Shown here: positions 1 through 13,324 of the stretch, piece after piece
Layout: each line of letters opens with the position of its first letter
How positions within the stretch are numbered: position 1 is the first letter of the stretch
From: Coniocarpon cinnabarinum
Taxonomy: Eukaryota
Assembly (NCBI GenBank): GCA_051942205.1
Contig: JAVECO010000128.1
Span: 1 to 64,000, forward strand
DNA length: 64,000 nt
Direction of reading: 5' to 3'
The notes under the pieces: generated by a model
Database searches by the model: none
What the model was told of the DNA's origin: nothing
Seen by the model: only the letters and a program-made list of their open reading frames with translations
Program-made: the position numbers and the translations under genes

Positions 1-969
1 GGGGGAAGAGTGAGGCGGCGGCGTGAGGGGGAAGAAATATGGAAATGTTTTGATGAAAAATTTGCGCGTGGCGGAAAGTACAGCAGAGGCCGTGTGACGA
101 GCAATTTGACGCTACTGCGAAGACGATGCGTCTCGTCGCGAAGATCCTGGCGTGCTCTGAGCCTGCGTGGCTATGAGACAGCCCGCTCCACTCATCAATT
201 GCGGGACATCTACTCAATGAAACATCTGCACAGAAATGAAAGGGCGACGACTAGTTGCAGTCGGCACTCGAAACGGGCCACGCTCACCAACAGCGTCTGC
301 AACGTTGAGATAGTATCGGAAATGAGTCCTCGAAGAGAAGATGCGACGTCTTGATGTGTAGCATAGATGAAACAAAAAAGCCAATGGTCTGTTCAAGACG
401 GGAGCACGTTTCTCTCAACACAACCATCCAGATACTCTACCTGCAGGCATATTTCCGATGCATGATCTCAACACCAATGTTCACAGGTCGCTGCTTGGAG
501 GTGAGAATCAGCTCGCAGACGAAAGTGAGCTGGCAAACGAAATTGGAAATAGACGATTGCTGTATAAGGACGCATTCACGGGTTGCTATTTGGCTGAGCT
601 CATAGTAAGCTTTGCAAGATCTGTCCGAACAATCACCAGGGCTCAATAATTCCGACTCCAAAAATCAGATGGACATTACAAGTTCTGTCTCATTCAATGT
701 ATTCAATGTATCTAACGAAAATAAGTGTCGCAAATGGAGCTCGCCAATGACCTTGCTACGCTATGTGAACAATACTGCAGAATGATACTCTAGAACGATA
801 CCCGGAAATGATATTCAAGAACGATATTCAACGAATGGTCCTGAATGAATGATGCTCTAGAATGCACTGTCCAATGAAGCCGCTCTCCAAAGGTACTGAA
901 ATAGGCTCACTCGAATTGAATGACTGCTCATCGTTCGCCACTCGCTGTAAGCACACATGACCATGACGG

Positions 970-3524
970 CTAGTTGGCGTCTTGCTCGTCACCCAAAGCT
1001 GTGACATCAACTCGACTCTTCCTTCGCAAATCCCAGGCACTCCCATTTCTAATGGGATGGTACCTCGCGAAAGGACTCGAGACTTCGTCGACGTCGGTGT
1101 CGTGGTCGATTTCTTCCGTTTGCTCATGTGCTTCGATATGTTCATGGCCATTTTGATGCTTGACGGAATACTCATGCTGGTGCCCATTGAGGTGCCCTTT
1201 CTCGGGCTCATGCGCGTATTCGCGTTCTCGGTGGTGTCCATTCTCACCGCGCACACTTTCTTTCTTCACATGTTTCTCTTCCTCAGCTCCATCGAATTGA
1301 TATGTACCCTCCTCGAAATCCTTCGATTGTCTCGACGATCTTGTCTTCTCAGCGCGCCGTGTTTGCAAACTCTTCAACCTCGATGGCGTCGGTCTCCTCG
1401 CCGATCCGTTCACATGCAAACTCGACGTCAAAGGCTTAACAGCCAACTCAAGCGGCTGATCCGACTCCTCGGACGTCGCCGTCGTCGCCGTCGACGTCCT
1501 ATGATGATGTCGTCCCCCTTCGGGCGCCGTGTTCACAACGGTGGCCACTGAGTCCGGAGACTCGCTGCTACGCGAGAGCGCCGCCTCGTGCCGTTCCAAG
1601 AACTCCTGTTTCAACGGTGGAGAAATGCGGTCATGCAGATAGTTCTGCAGTGAACTGCGAACGGGGGTCGAAGAAAGTTTGAACAGCTCGTCGTACCAGT
1701 CTGCGACGAGGTGGATGAATTCATACGCTTTGGGGTAGAGCGCTGCCATTTGCATGAAGCCGTGGGAGACGCCGGGGATGAGCTGGACTTTGACTTCACC
1801 GTCGTTCCCGTCATTACTCTTAGCGCGGCGGAGGCGTCCGGCCATGATGCAGGTGTCGTCGACGAGAGGGTCGCGCTCGCCAGTTAAGAAATATGTGCGA
1901 GGGAAGGAGGCGAGAAGGTCGTCTGGCGCGAGGACCGGGCTGAGATAGTAGTCTTGAGCGAAGTCGGGCTTGCGACGGTGCTGGTTGCCAATATACAATA
2001 TGATCATGGCGCGCATCATCTCAGGCGTGAGGACGCGATCGGAGAAGTAGGAGAGCATGGATGGCACGGCGATGGGTGTATGGAACTTGCGCGATGGGCG
2101 GCGGGGCTCTAGAGTCGGGAAAGAGCCATCGTTCTCGAGGTTAGAGGTTGCGCGGAGGAGGTTCAGGTGGGGTTGAGGGATGTCGTCCTCATCGTCGGAG
2201 CTAGTCGGGGACGGTGAGAGTGATGCATCTGAGGCGTATGGGGTATTGGCTGTGCGCATGAAGACTGAGTTCTTCCTGCGGAGAACACGTTGGTTCGTTG
2301 TGCGGCTTGACTTGTCACGAATGAGTTTCATCTGCTCGTCTGTCATCCAATTACCTATGTTGACGTCCAGGCATGGATAAATGAGGACTAATCCGACTGG
2401 AGCTGGAAGTTCGTCAGAGTAGCCATTGAGCGCTGCAGGCGTGGGTGATGCATGACGGGTAGGATTGTTGGACTTTGTGATCATTAATGTTAGCCCAGCA
2501 GCAAGATTACCGCCTGCAGAGTCGCCTGATATAATCACTTGAGGGACACGACCCGTGAAGAGACCAGCGCAGCGTCCCCGCGAGATCATAATCTGACGGT
2601 AGGTATCGAAGCATTCGTGAAGAGCGTAGGGATAAGGGTATTCGGGTGCTTTTCGGTAATCGAGACTGAGAATAGGAATACCATTTCTTGCTGCCCATGA
2701 CATCAAAGAGTCATCATGGGTGCGTGGACTCATGGCGACAAAGCCACCGCCTGGAACATTAAGAATCAGTTTGGTCTGGACTTTGAGAGCTGAAATGGGG
2801 CCGTCAAAGTATAGCCATGCATGGACTGGGTCTTTGTATTGAGAATCTTGCGGTCGAGGTATTCGCATCTCGCGAGGCGCATAGCGCATTGACCGCGGCC
2901 TCAGCAGCCAGGTAGTGAACTTGAGGACCGGATTGATGAGCGTCTTGTTCCAGGAGTTGCGCAGATGCTCCACCGTGACAACGCTGCGTACCAACCTGAC
3001 CTTTTCATCGGCTTGTTCCGCGTTTATTAAATAGTATCCCGTGAATAGCAAGCTGCAGATATGCGCCAGCCACTTCCTACGTATCGGCATCGCTGTCCAA
3101 AAGCCAGCGTCTAGCGCTGTCGTCGCCCATGTTGCGCGAAAGTATGCTGGCTCGTACAAGTCTGCTAAAGGCTCAGGACATTCCAGGCCAACAAGTTTTC
3201 CAAGATTGCGGAGGATGTAATGGACCAGACCGACGAGCACGATTGTTTGCCACACCGAAAGCCGTTGTGTGAGGATTGAGGAGATGCGGCGAAGACCAGG
3301 TGGGCCATGACGGTGGCCGCTAGCATTTTCATTAGCAAACATGTACAATCCCAATCAGCATTAATCTTTGCTCACCGTAAAATGTAGAGTAGCCATGCAA
3401 GAACAGCTGAGAGAACTTGCCATTTCCGAACTGTCACGCTCGGCCGGCCAAGGACGTGGTCTATGACTCGAAGGGTTAGTCCTGTATAGGTCGAGACGTC
3501 GTGTGTCGAACGCATACCGAGCAT
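970..3524 (-). CDS. Hormone-sensitive-lipase-like alpha/beta hydrolase (3 exons)
   Basis: Oxyanion motif VPGGGF, LDYRKAPEYPYP, nucleophile GDSAGG, DPLVDD and SHGF catalytic motifs. Upstream exons give MLVIDHVLGRPS... via introns 3467-3517 and 3320-3375. Confidence 0.88.
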
Positions 3525-3983
3525 GTTCTCATCGCAGACCTCGTTTTTGAGAACTAGTCAAATTACGTCTAATGCCTTCTGCACTAGACAATGTGAGCTT
3601 GTGATTGGGAGCAAGCGTCATGACTGGCAACCGCTGCTCCCGCAATCACAACGCCACGGTTAACAGAGGCGCAAGAACACCTTGTGAACCGAAACGATAC
3701 GGATTGAGGCGCAGCATGCGAGAGGCTAGGAATGAGGAAAGCCATGGCGGTCAATTCCCCCGAAGAATAGATTGACGCTTCGGACAATGGAGCGAGGCAA
3801 AGGTGGGCTGAAGATTAAGATCACATGCGCCAACGATCTGTAGGTAATTGACATGTGAAAACGGCTTTATGCAAGTATGTCCGGTCTGGGTGCGATTACG
3901 CAACGCCTTATCTACACCTTCCATATTTGGCCTTTGCCCCTGTTACGAATACAACAAACCACCTTTCAAGACTAAAAGGTGCG

Positions 3984-4322
3984 CACATCTCTATTTCAAC
4001 AGTTATGAGCCTGGTAGCACTGCTATAAGCGTAGTAACAATTACTAGCGACAACGATATGCACTAGATTACGAAATTAACCGCTCTAGCGGAGCTCCTTG
4101 CCTAAGACTTCTCTGACCATAAGACTAGGAGGCGGTAAGACGGTAACTGTAACCTCTCCAGAGCTAGTAGGCCCTTAATTCCCTGGCGAGCGGAGACGTC
4201 TTAGGCAAAGAGCTCCGCTGGAGCGGTTGTTCAACTGATCTAGTACATGTCGTTGTCGCTAGTGATTGTCGCTGCGCTTATGGTAGTGCTACCGGGCTCA
4301 TAATTGTTGAAATAGAGATGTG
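3984..4322. repeat. Long inverted repeat / foldback (132-bp arms, 75-bp spacer), MITE-like
   Basis: 3984-4115 aligns without gaps to the reverse complement of 4191-4322 with 21 mismatches by hand count (~84% identity). No target-site duplication found. Confidence 0.92.
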
Positions 4323-5711
4323 ATGATCATTGATTGGATAACTACCTATCTGTCCGGCCTGATGACCCCCAGGGACAAGGGGCTCCCCATAGGGCTGAAT
4401 TCTCATAACCTGCTATATACAGTAATACTTGCACGTGACCCAAATTTCCAACAGCCCCTGAAGAGACCTTTCGCTGTTAAGCTTGCTGAGGGGAGCAAGC
4501 TCCTGGAGAAACCTAACCGTTCTAATGAGCTCGTGCACGGCAGACAACATTACAGTAGTGTCGCGCGTCTCCAATGATGCATTGTCTTATTTTGCTTCGA
4601 CGACAAGCACCTCGGCCAGAGCAACTACAGCACCGGGCACCTTCTTTCTCTTCAGTCGAACCAAGTAAGGAAGCATTCCGATTTCGAGAAGTGGAACGCT
4701 CTTCGAATACTCGTCTTCGACTACTGCTTTTGCTCTTCCGTGCTTTACTCGTAATAAGGGCGCGATGCATGACTCGTGCTCCAGGAGAACAAGACCGCAT
4801 GCTGTCATTTGATCGCAAATGGCATTTGATAGCTTATGTTCACGCTTTTCCTTGAGCTTCTGTATCTGCCTACGTGCGAAATTCGTTCTCCTATCAAGGG
4901 AGCACGTCTTACCTTATTTGTCACTCTCGAACAAAAATCTCCTAGAAGCGTTGCTCGCTTTTCAGAACGGCAGTCAATCAAAACTTGCAGAGACATTCTA
5001 CTCACGACGACACAGTGCCGGATATCAAGACTTGAAGACAGTAAATTAACCTCCAGCAGCCTGCTGCCAGATTACGAGTTGACAATACAGTCCCAAACTT
5101 CACGTCTGGTAGCTGAAGTAGATAGGCACTTTCCTTCTGTTGCTCAGTATTAGAACAGTAACCAAGGAACAGGTAAGTTACCCTCAGGGTTATCAAATGC
5201 TCAAGCCCATGGATGCCAGTCGTGTGTTGTTGAGTCTATCTCTTCTTTCATCTACTTTCCATCCGTCCAAGAGCCCATGCATCTGAGATCACGCTCTTGA
5301 GAATTCTTGCAACCAGCCTTGCTGCGATGGTATTCGGCGCATGTCGATGATCCAGCAAGACTCCCATTTGATTGGGAGCCTACAGAATACGAACTTTTGG
5401 AGGACTGTTCGGGAAGATGTCTCGTGTCTGCGCCCGGATCAGAGCTTGTCACAGGAATAGTCCTAAAGTTCGGATCCCGCCTTTCGATATGACTGTAGTT
5501 TCATGACGCGATTGACTAGTGTTGGAGTGACTGGGCGACATCTTCTCACACCGCGCCTAAAGAATGACGCGTGGATAACGACTGGTGCACACGTGTAGGT
5601 CCGTCGAAGATAAGTAACGCGGTAATAAGAAGCAGCGCCTCCAAGCTGAAATAGCACACCAAGATCTGGAGAGCCCCCATCCTACTATACGCTGTTGAAA
5701 GGACGCAACCG

Positions 5712-5766
5712 AAGGCTCTGCTCAAAGGTCGTCACAAGGCTCTGCTCAAAAGTCGTCACAAGGCTG
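5712..5766. repeat. 24-bp tandem duplication (~2.3 copies)
   Basis: AAGGCTCTGCTCAAA(G/A)GTCGTCAC twice, then AAGGCT. Confidence 0.85.
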
Positions 5767-6859
5767 CCGTGGATCTCAAATACGTGATGGATTCTTGTCC
5801 AACGAAGAGCCGGAGAGGTTTCGAGACGAAACGATCTTGCTTTGGAAGCATGCATGTGTGGCTTAACAGCGCGGAGGCTACCGATTGTCCTGCATTCAGG
5901 CTGATCACCAGTTAACCTGCATCTGGGCTGACGACCAATTGTCCTGCGTCTGAGCTTATCACCAGTTCCTTTTGCATCGGGGAGATCCCACACTAGCGAT
6001 GTCCAGGTGCAAACCGTTGATCAGTGGACAGCAGCACACGTTAATTTGGTCATGTTGCCCAAAGCACTTGACCACGTCCGAGGCTAGATCTCCCAGCAGA
6101 TCTCTGCACAAAGCGGCCTCATTTATAAGCTCCGACGCCCAACACAAAGGGACTGAGCGATTCTAAACCGTCATTTGAAGACTTCGCGCATTCCGAAACA
6201 GGTGGCATGGCCAGGAGGTGCAGGCGACCGTAGGCAAAGACGAGGCAAACGACTACTGTTTCACGTTCGAGCTGGCCAGTGAGCTCCTCTCGATGGACAG
6301 CCAGATCAACGTCTCGAACTTGCGTCAACAGGCGTCGGTGTGTTTCACGGCTGGTTCACGCTGCATTGCGCATGGTTCGCTTAATCGCCGAGTCCACTCG
6401 CAGTGGGTTGTTGAGTGCAGGATAGAGATTTCATGCCGGTCAGAGAACCGCTAGCTGCCTTGAGGTGATACATGGTACAAAGGTATGTATCGGCGAATGG
6501 AGAGCCAGGAGTACATTACCCCATGCTCCTAAAGAGTGTCAGCGTGGTCCATTTCCGAAACCCGGGCATTGGTCAACAGCAATATAACCGAGAAGTTCTA
6601 GCTCCACGAATCAACTGGATTTGCGACTAAACAATGGAACAAGCAAGAACGTTACTTAAGCACCTCAGCCCATCGAGGAACAGTCTTCTCGAAAATACTG
6701 TACCTATGATACCGAAATGGCAGTCCACCAGGTCATGTGGATGCTCGATAATTCGTCGTGCATGGAATTAGTCCAAGGGTCACAGGAGAAAAACTTTGGG
6801 AGATTCCGATTTGCAGAGGTTGTAGGTACCGGGCTTGACGAAAGCAAACCGCGGCTTTC

Positions 6860-7183
6860 CATGCTCGCGTAGGATCACACGACGTTGAATTTATTTACCC
6901 ATCACAACCAGGCCTTCAGTTGGCTTCAGCAGGTGAAGAGCAATGAAGAGCAATGGAAGACTTCGCTAACAAGCAAGTCCTTTGAGACCCTCAAGTCACG
7001 TGCGACGTGGCGGACTTTGTGCTTCGCGACTTCCACATTGGTGAAAGTCTGCTCTATGATACACCAGGCCATCAGGCTATCATTTTCAGCAAGGAAATCA
7101 CTTAGTATGTTTGTCCCAGGTGCTTCTCAGTATTCAGAAAGGTGAAAACATTGTTTGACCAAGTACATTTTGATTGGCAATGA
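6860..7183 (+). pseudogene. Possible decayed gene fragment ending in a degenerate C2H2-like motif
   Basis: Frame with several in-frame stops ending YVCPRCFSVFRKVKTLFDQVHF (C-x2-C-x3-F-x5-L-x2-Q, with Q where H is expected). Confidence 0.2.
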
Positions 7184-7221
7184 AGAATATAATAGAAGTA
7201 TAGAAATCTGAAACCGCCAAT

Positions 7222-8800
7222 CTACGAGCTCGCCGGCGGCAAGACCCAAGTCGTCACACTCTCCTTGTACAAACTACCGCTCCACGTCTCCCCGCCCTTC
7301 GTCGTCAGCGTGAGATAGACCTCATTCGGGAACGTATTCTCCACGACGACCACACGAGTGCCATCACCATTCAAGCTGGCGACCGCCTCAACCTTCCCAT
7401 TTCCGTAATCATAGCTCCCCGTCATTGCTAGGACGGTGGAGCCCTTCTCCATGTACTTGCTGAACTGTCCCATCATGTAGTAGTCAATCTGGGGGGTGTA
7501 CGTTCCAGCACTGGTATCGATCGTGACGAGGCCGCGACACGTCGTGCAGCCGCCGGCGAGGTGCGGGCCTTCGTTGGTGTCGGACCCAAGCGTCCAAGCC
7601 ATGGCACCAGCTGCGAAATTTTGAAGCGGGCCCATCGTGAAGTCTGCGGCTTGGTTCCAGGATGTGGTGGTGGATGTCCAGCATTCGGTCATGTACTGCG
7701 TCACGCCGGGGTTGCTATTTTTGAAGTTGGTCAGGACGCCCCAGTCGTTGTTGGTTGCGTAGCAGTGCCATGCGACAGTGTCAACGTATTGGCCGGCGCC
7801 ATCGAGCACAGCCTGTGGGTAATTCGGTTGGTCGGTGTTGTGGTCGTAGGCCCAGACTTTGGTCTTCAAGTTGTTTTGAGCGAGGGCAGGACCGACGTGG
7901 TCTTGGATCAGCATGGTCGCGTTGGTGGAGTCGAGGTACATGGTCGGGTACCCGGATTGGCTGTTGAGGGGCTCGTTCTGTAGGGTGATTGCGTCAACAT
8001 TGGCGCCAGCTTGGTTGAAAGCGTTGATGTATTTGATAAAGTATTGCGTCCAGGCGTCATAGTAGGCGGGACTGAGATTGTTATTAACAGTAGTACCGTC
8101 GATCACACCGTTAAGCTTCATCCAGCCGGGTGGACTCCAAACAGAACCCAGGAGTGTAAGAGAGCTTTGCACGCTGCGGATGGAGGCAATGAGTTTGGCC
8201 ATTGCATTGCCGTTGTCGGTCAGACCGAAGTTGGTGAGATCAGGATCGGGACTCGATGCATCGTCGTAGGTGTATTCCTTGGCTGAGAGATCGCTCGACC
8301 CTATGGTGTGTCGCATTAATGTGAAGCCGAGTCCGTCGGCTGAGAAGAGGTCGTTGAGCAAGGTAGTGAGGGTGTCAGCGGGCAGTGAGTTGAATGTCTG
8401 CACAGTGGCGTCGGTGATGGCGGCACCGAAGCCTCCAGAGATGGTTTGTAAATGGCCTGCAGTCGAGTCGTCGAGGGTGAGATTCCATGTCGAAGCGCCA
8501 TTGGCATTGCCAGCACCCTGCAACAGGACGTGAGTTAAGTGTTCAGGCAACCACGCAAGTTCCAAGTGCTGGACTAAGTGCAGGAGAGCATGTTTGCGTC
8601 GTAGAAAGCAGCCCTTAAACACTGCATAAGATCAATGTTCGTTTGCTTACCTGCACAGGTGCGTCGACAGTTTTCAATTGGTTTTGACCATCGGAAGAAG
8701 AAACGACGGCGAAAGGAGGGTCAGCGCGTCGTGAGAGGCGTGGCAAGCCATGAATATGGCTAGCCTGACTGGCCAGCAGTGCAAGATTTTTCAACAGCAT
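7222..8800 (-). CDS. Secreted GH30 endo-beta-1,6-glucanase (Neg1-like), 2 exons
   Basis: Signal peptide MLLKNLALLAS; intron 8518-8650; GFGAAITD, RHTIGSSDLS, SPPGWMK, acid/base QNEP, nucleophile MTECW. Confidence 0.92.
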
Positions 8801-9752
8801 GTCTCAGGGGAGTAAAGCTCAAGTTAGAAGATGCAGAGACTAGAAACGAAAGGGAAGCCAATGAGCGTTACGCAGTGACGACTCAGATAAATACAGGTTA
8901 GGGGCCTGTCTGGGACCTTATATGCGACAACATACTCCGTACAACGAGGCCTAATTTTAGGCCGTGTTCGTTAATATGGGGCTTTGCAGTACGACATACC
9001 CCTCGTGGAGTCGTGGAAGAATACAACCGCCGACCGAAGTTTCATCAGACGCTTTTGGGGTGCTACGAGTATAGCGGCCGGCAACGCTCGTCTTTTGCAG
9101 TGTACGACTGGTCCATGCAGATGGACCGTGGCAGCATCATGCAGGCATCGATGTTAGTCTTGTTGGTTCCCGGATGATGGCCCGAACAGGTGCATCCGCG
9201 ATGATTTCAATGCCACCATTGGCTGCATCACGTGGCGTGAGGCTCGGGCCCTGCAGCTTCGCAGTCGCAGCCACGGTGTGCCTCTTTTCGACGTCTCGAG
9301 ACAGAGCGAGCTTCCGTATTGGTGTCGCCATGGTGAATTCAGCGGTAGGATGAGTAATACGAAATACGAAAGCATCAAAAGTGGAGCGTAGCATTGCAAA
9401 GTGCAAAAAGGTCAGGGGATCAAGTCGATCAAACCTTCTCCGCAAATCAAATTGCGCACAGGCCAACGGCCAATATGCGAGCCGCGGTGGCGTTTTTCAT
9501 CTCCCAATCGTGTTACTATGTGCCAATTTGCTATGCGGATGACTGAACAGCGCATCTGATCCGCAGATTCACGTTTAATTTGTTCACAAGACAGATGCAA
9601 GCCGGGGATCGAATGATATTGACATGTCTTTCAGATTCATTCGTGAGCTTCATGATTTATTTGTTTAACCCTGCCCAGTCGGTGTATCTCAAATGTCTCA
9701 ATCAAGAAACGTGACACACGATACTCCTTTCTGACCTCACCCTCCTCCATGT

Positions 9753-11125
9753 TTACATCAGCTGCCGTCTTTCATTCGGGCTTGCGGTGATGGTGACCGT
9801 CCTGAACATGTACACCGTGCCGTCCCGCATGCGTGCTTGGTCGAAGACATATACTGGGCTATTCCTGCCATATCCGGTATGGGTGGAGGTGTGGGCCTCG
9901 ACTGGGGCTCGATTTTGGAAGCTTGTGAGATTGATGGGGTCACGGATGCGTTGATGTCGTCCCTTGGATGTGCAGAGGAAGTACTTCATTGGCGAGTATT
10001 TGCTCTTCAAAAAGGGCCACAAAGGCGCAAGCGACGAGAGTATCAATGTAGCCCACATTTCAGTCCAGTTCTAGTTCCACACTTTAGCATAGGACACAAT
10101 AAATGTGAATCGTGACGACCAAGAGCCATCGTGACAGCCGCAGCGTTGCATGCACTATAGTAAGCTTACCAGGATTAGCGCGGTCGACAGATTGTAGGTC
10201 AAATCATCGGCATTGACGAGAACACGTAACTGCCAAACCTTCAAGCCCGCTATCACAGCGGTGATCACGCCTGTGCCGAGCAGCATCCAGAGGCCGATGC
10301 GGCGGCTGAGCGGGAGGTCGAGGTGGAAGAAGATGACCATGGGTAGAATGACCAGTATGAGATCGGCAGCCATGTCGACAACTTAGTTTCAGTTAGCTAT
10401 ACAAAAGGCAGATTAAGCAAAACTGAGATGAAGCTTACTCCCAGCAGCACGCGCGACCCACATGTCCGTGCGTGACGGATCACATTCGCTGTGAATAGCC
10501 CATCGAGACCACGGTGGCCAGCACTGGAGAAGGATCTGTAATGCGCTGCCGATGTTGAAGAGTGCCTGCGTACCCAGCATCAGCACAAGTCGAGTTTAGG
10601 CCTAGGCTCATTTCGCGGAAAGATTTACCACGATGGTTCCTAGAGCGTATAAAGAGAATCTTGTGTACTTTCGGCATGGGTCGATCAAGTACGCGAGGAA
10701 CAGGGCTGCGGCAAGCTTGCCCACGCCGATCGAGAACCCTGAGACCATGATGGACGTGTATTGAAACATGGCGGCTTTTGCGGTCGTTCCGTGAACCTGG
10801 ATGTAAACGTCACGGTTGCCGCCGCCATTCATGAATGAGGCAAAGAGGAGGAAGTTCGAGATGGTACCGATGCCCTAGCATTCACCGGTTAGTCTCGAAT
10901 GCTATTGATAGAGGACCTCCAACATACCCAAGCGACGTCAGCAGCAATCAGAGAACCTTTGCCTCCGATGGTGCCGCGGCAGACATATAGTACGTTGCGG
11001 GCTGAGATGACCGCTGTAGCTAGGAGGAATTCGCACATGATGACTGTGATCATCAAAGGACCATGACCACCGATGACGCTAGCATAGTAGGCTGCTTCCT
11101 CTTGTTGTGGTGTAGTGGTATCCAT
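9753..11125 (-). CDS. Pth11-like / fungal rhodopsin-domain integral membrane protein (5 exons)
   Basis: Spliced product has multiple TM helices with family-typical GVGKLAAALFL, ILLQCWP, DLILVILP..IFFHLDLPLSRRIGL and TEMWATLILSSLAPLWPF segments. No CFEM domain seen. Confidence 0.8.
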
Positions 11126-11328
11126 AATTCAGGATAGCAAAGTGGCAGTATTTCTTTCCATATGTAGGACGACGATACAGAGTCAGAGCTCTCAGGAAAA
11201 ATGGCAAGGTGCGTCAAGGGGAGGATGTCGAGACGAGTGTGATGGAGGAGTGGACGAGACATTTTCACTGCTTTACGGCTCTTGGAGGTATTTCAATGAG
11301 ATTGGGTCAAAAATTTTTTTTTTGCCTG

Positions 11329-13010
11329 TCACCTCGAAGGACCCATTTCCTGTTGTCCCTCTGTGCCCCTCGCTTTGTACTCTCCCTCTCCGAAGACGAC
11401 CGCCATAGCACTGCCTAGAATCTCCATGCCTTGTTCGATCTGCGAGTCTTCAACAATCAAAGGCGGCACTAACCTCAACGTGTTGCTGCCGCAAGTGATA
11501 ATCAGCAGCCCCCTTTCGCGGGCTGCGCTGACGATGGCAGCAGCCGGCTCGCCCTCTTTCTTATCGCCTTTCCTCCATGATTCGAGCTGAACACCGAGTA
11601 TCAGGCCTCGGCCTCTGATTTCTTGTATCCTTCCAGGGAAGCGCTGCCTGATCTCGTCAAGGTGTTTTCTGAAAAGATTCCCTTTGCGAGTAACATCAGC
11701 CAGCAATTCCGGATCGGATAGTCTGCCCACCATGTGGTGTGCCACACGTGTCGCTACAGGGTTTCCACCGAACGTAGTCCCATGGTCTCCAGTGACGATT
11801 GCTTCCGCCACTCGATCAGTCACGACAGTCGCCCCGACAGGGTATCCGTTTCCCAATGCCTTAGCCGTGGTAAGGACATCCGGATGAGGGGCATCCTCCG
11901 ATTTATCGACCGCATGTGCCCAGAAGTCCCCTGTGCGACCCATGCCACACTGGATTTCATCAAATATTAGCAACGCGTTGTGCTTGTCACAACTTTTCCG
12001 CAGTGCTCGAAGAAACTCAGACGAAGCAACATTGACACCACCTTCACCCTGTATCGTTTCTACAAGAACGCCACATGTCTCATTCGTGATCAAATTCCCC
12101 GCTTCTTGGGCGTTATTTAATGTTGCATAATCAAACCCAGGCAGCATAGGTGCAAAGGGCGTCTGGTACTTCGGATTGGGCGTCGCGGACAGTGATCCCA
12201 TAGTCCTGCCATGAAAGCTACCGTGAAAGCTCAAGATCTTGTTCTTCCTGCCTGATGGGTCTTTCAAATGACCCCATTTCCTAGCGAACTTAATTGCAGC
12301 CTCGTTCGCCTCACTACCACTGTTGCACACGAAGACTTTCGACGCATCGCGCATGCCACCTGTACCTCGAGTGCGTTCCACGAGGCGTTGACTCAACAGG
12401 CCCGACCATGCGTTGTAGTAAAGATTACTGGAATGCACCAACGTCGTGGCTTGAGAGGAGATGATTCGTGATACTTGCGGGTCGCAATGGCCTAAAGCAT
12501 TGACTGCCACGCCTGCAGTAAAATCGAGATACGCGCGGTTCTCAACATCGTACAGAAGGCATCCATCGCCTTTTGCAGCTATCAAGGGCGGGCGAACGTA
12601 GGTTGTGACCATATATGGCGAGGCGGAGGAGATGAGCTGAGCAGTTTGGGAGTCGGAGGGGGGATCTGGTGTTGGTAGACTTGATTCATGCTGTTGCGTT
12701 CTCCTGTCAGTGTCAATCTTGTGTGAAGAATGCCTAAATGGCTGACCTGTATACTATTCAAGTACTCCAGAGGTAAGTTAGACCCTTGTACTGCACTGTC
12801 CCGGCCTGTAGCTTGAGCGGACGTGCAGCGAGCGGAAAGTTCAGAGGAAGAGCGCTTGGCAGGCTTCAGTGTTGAGCGCGAAGGCGCGGTATTCAAGCAG
12901 AAAGGTCTTCGTAGCGCGGAAGGTCGATCTCTAGTTCGTGGTCCGCACGGCGCATTTGGGCGTGGTTTGTGGAGGAGAGTGAGACGATAGGGTGAGCTAC
13001 GTGCTGCCAT
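11329..13010 (-). CDS. ARG8: Mitochondrial acetylornithine aminotransferase
   Basis: Class III PLP aminotransferase motifs YLDFTAGVAVNALGH, NSGSEANEAAIK, FHGRT, FDEIQCGMGRTG, AKALGNG, HGTTFGGNP. Arg/Ser-rich presequence exon joined by intron 12691-12746. Confidence 0.95.
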
Positions 13011-13324
13011 CCGTGCGCAAAAACGGTCTAGAATGCACACTTTGTGCTAGATTGTGTGAGCTCTCTCGAAAGGACAGAACGAGCGCTGGTCAGCCGCGAA
13101 TTGTTTTTCTGTATACAATTGGAGTCATCCTGAAATAACCTATTCCAATGCTTCGGCCGAAGATGTACCGAAGATCTTACTGCAAGAATCTTGCTGCTAT
13201 TGCTTTGATTCATTCTAAAAACTATGAACCAATGCGGTTCTTCCTGAGATTTTTGATTTACAATGATCTGCCGTAAGCGAAACTAGGTCCAAGCATACAT
13301 AATCACAGAGCATACATCACTTCG

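Noticed and set aside
10..661. Short ORFs at the window start and an RRPE-like TGAAAAATTT at ~54-63
   Set aside because: No recognisable protein motifs. Probably promoter sequence of a gene outside the window, so the motif cannot be tied to a target.
8948..9128. Small palindromes in the GH30 promoter (GGCCTAATTTTAGGCC; GGTCCAT-GCAG-ATGGACC)
   Set aside because: Stems of 6-7 bp are expected by chance in 64 kb.
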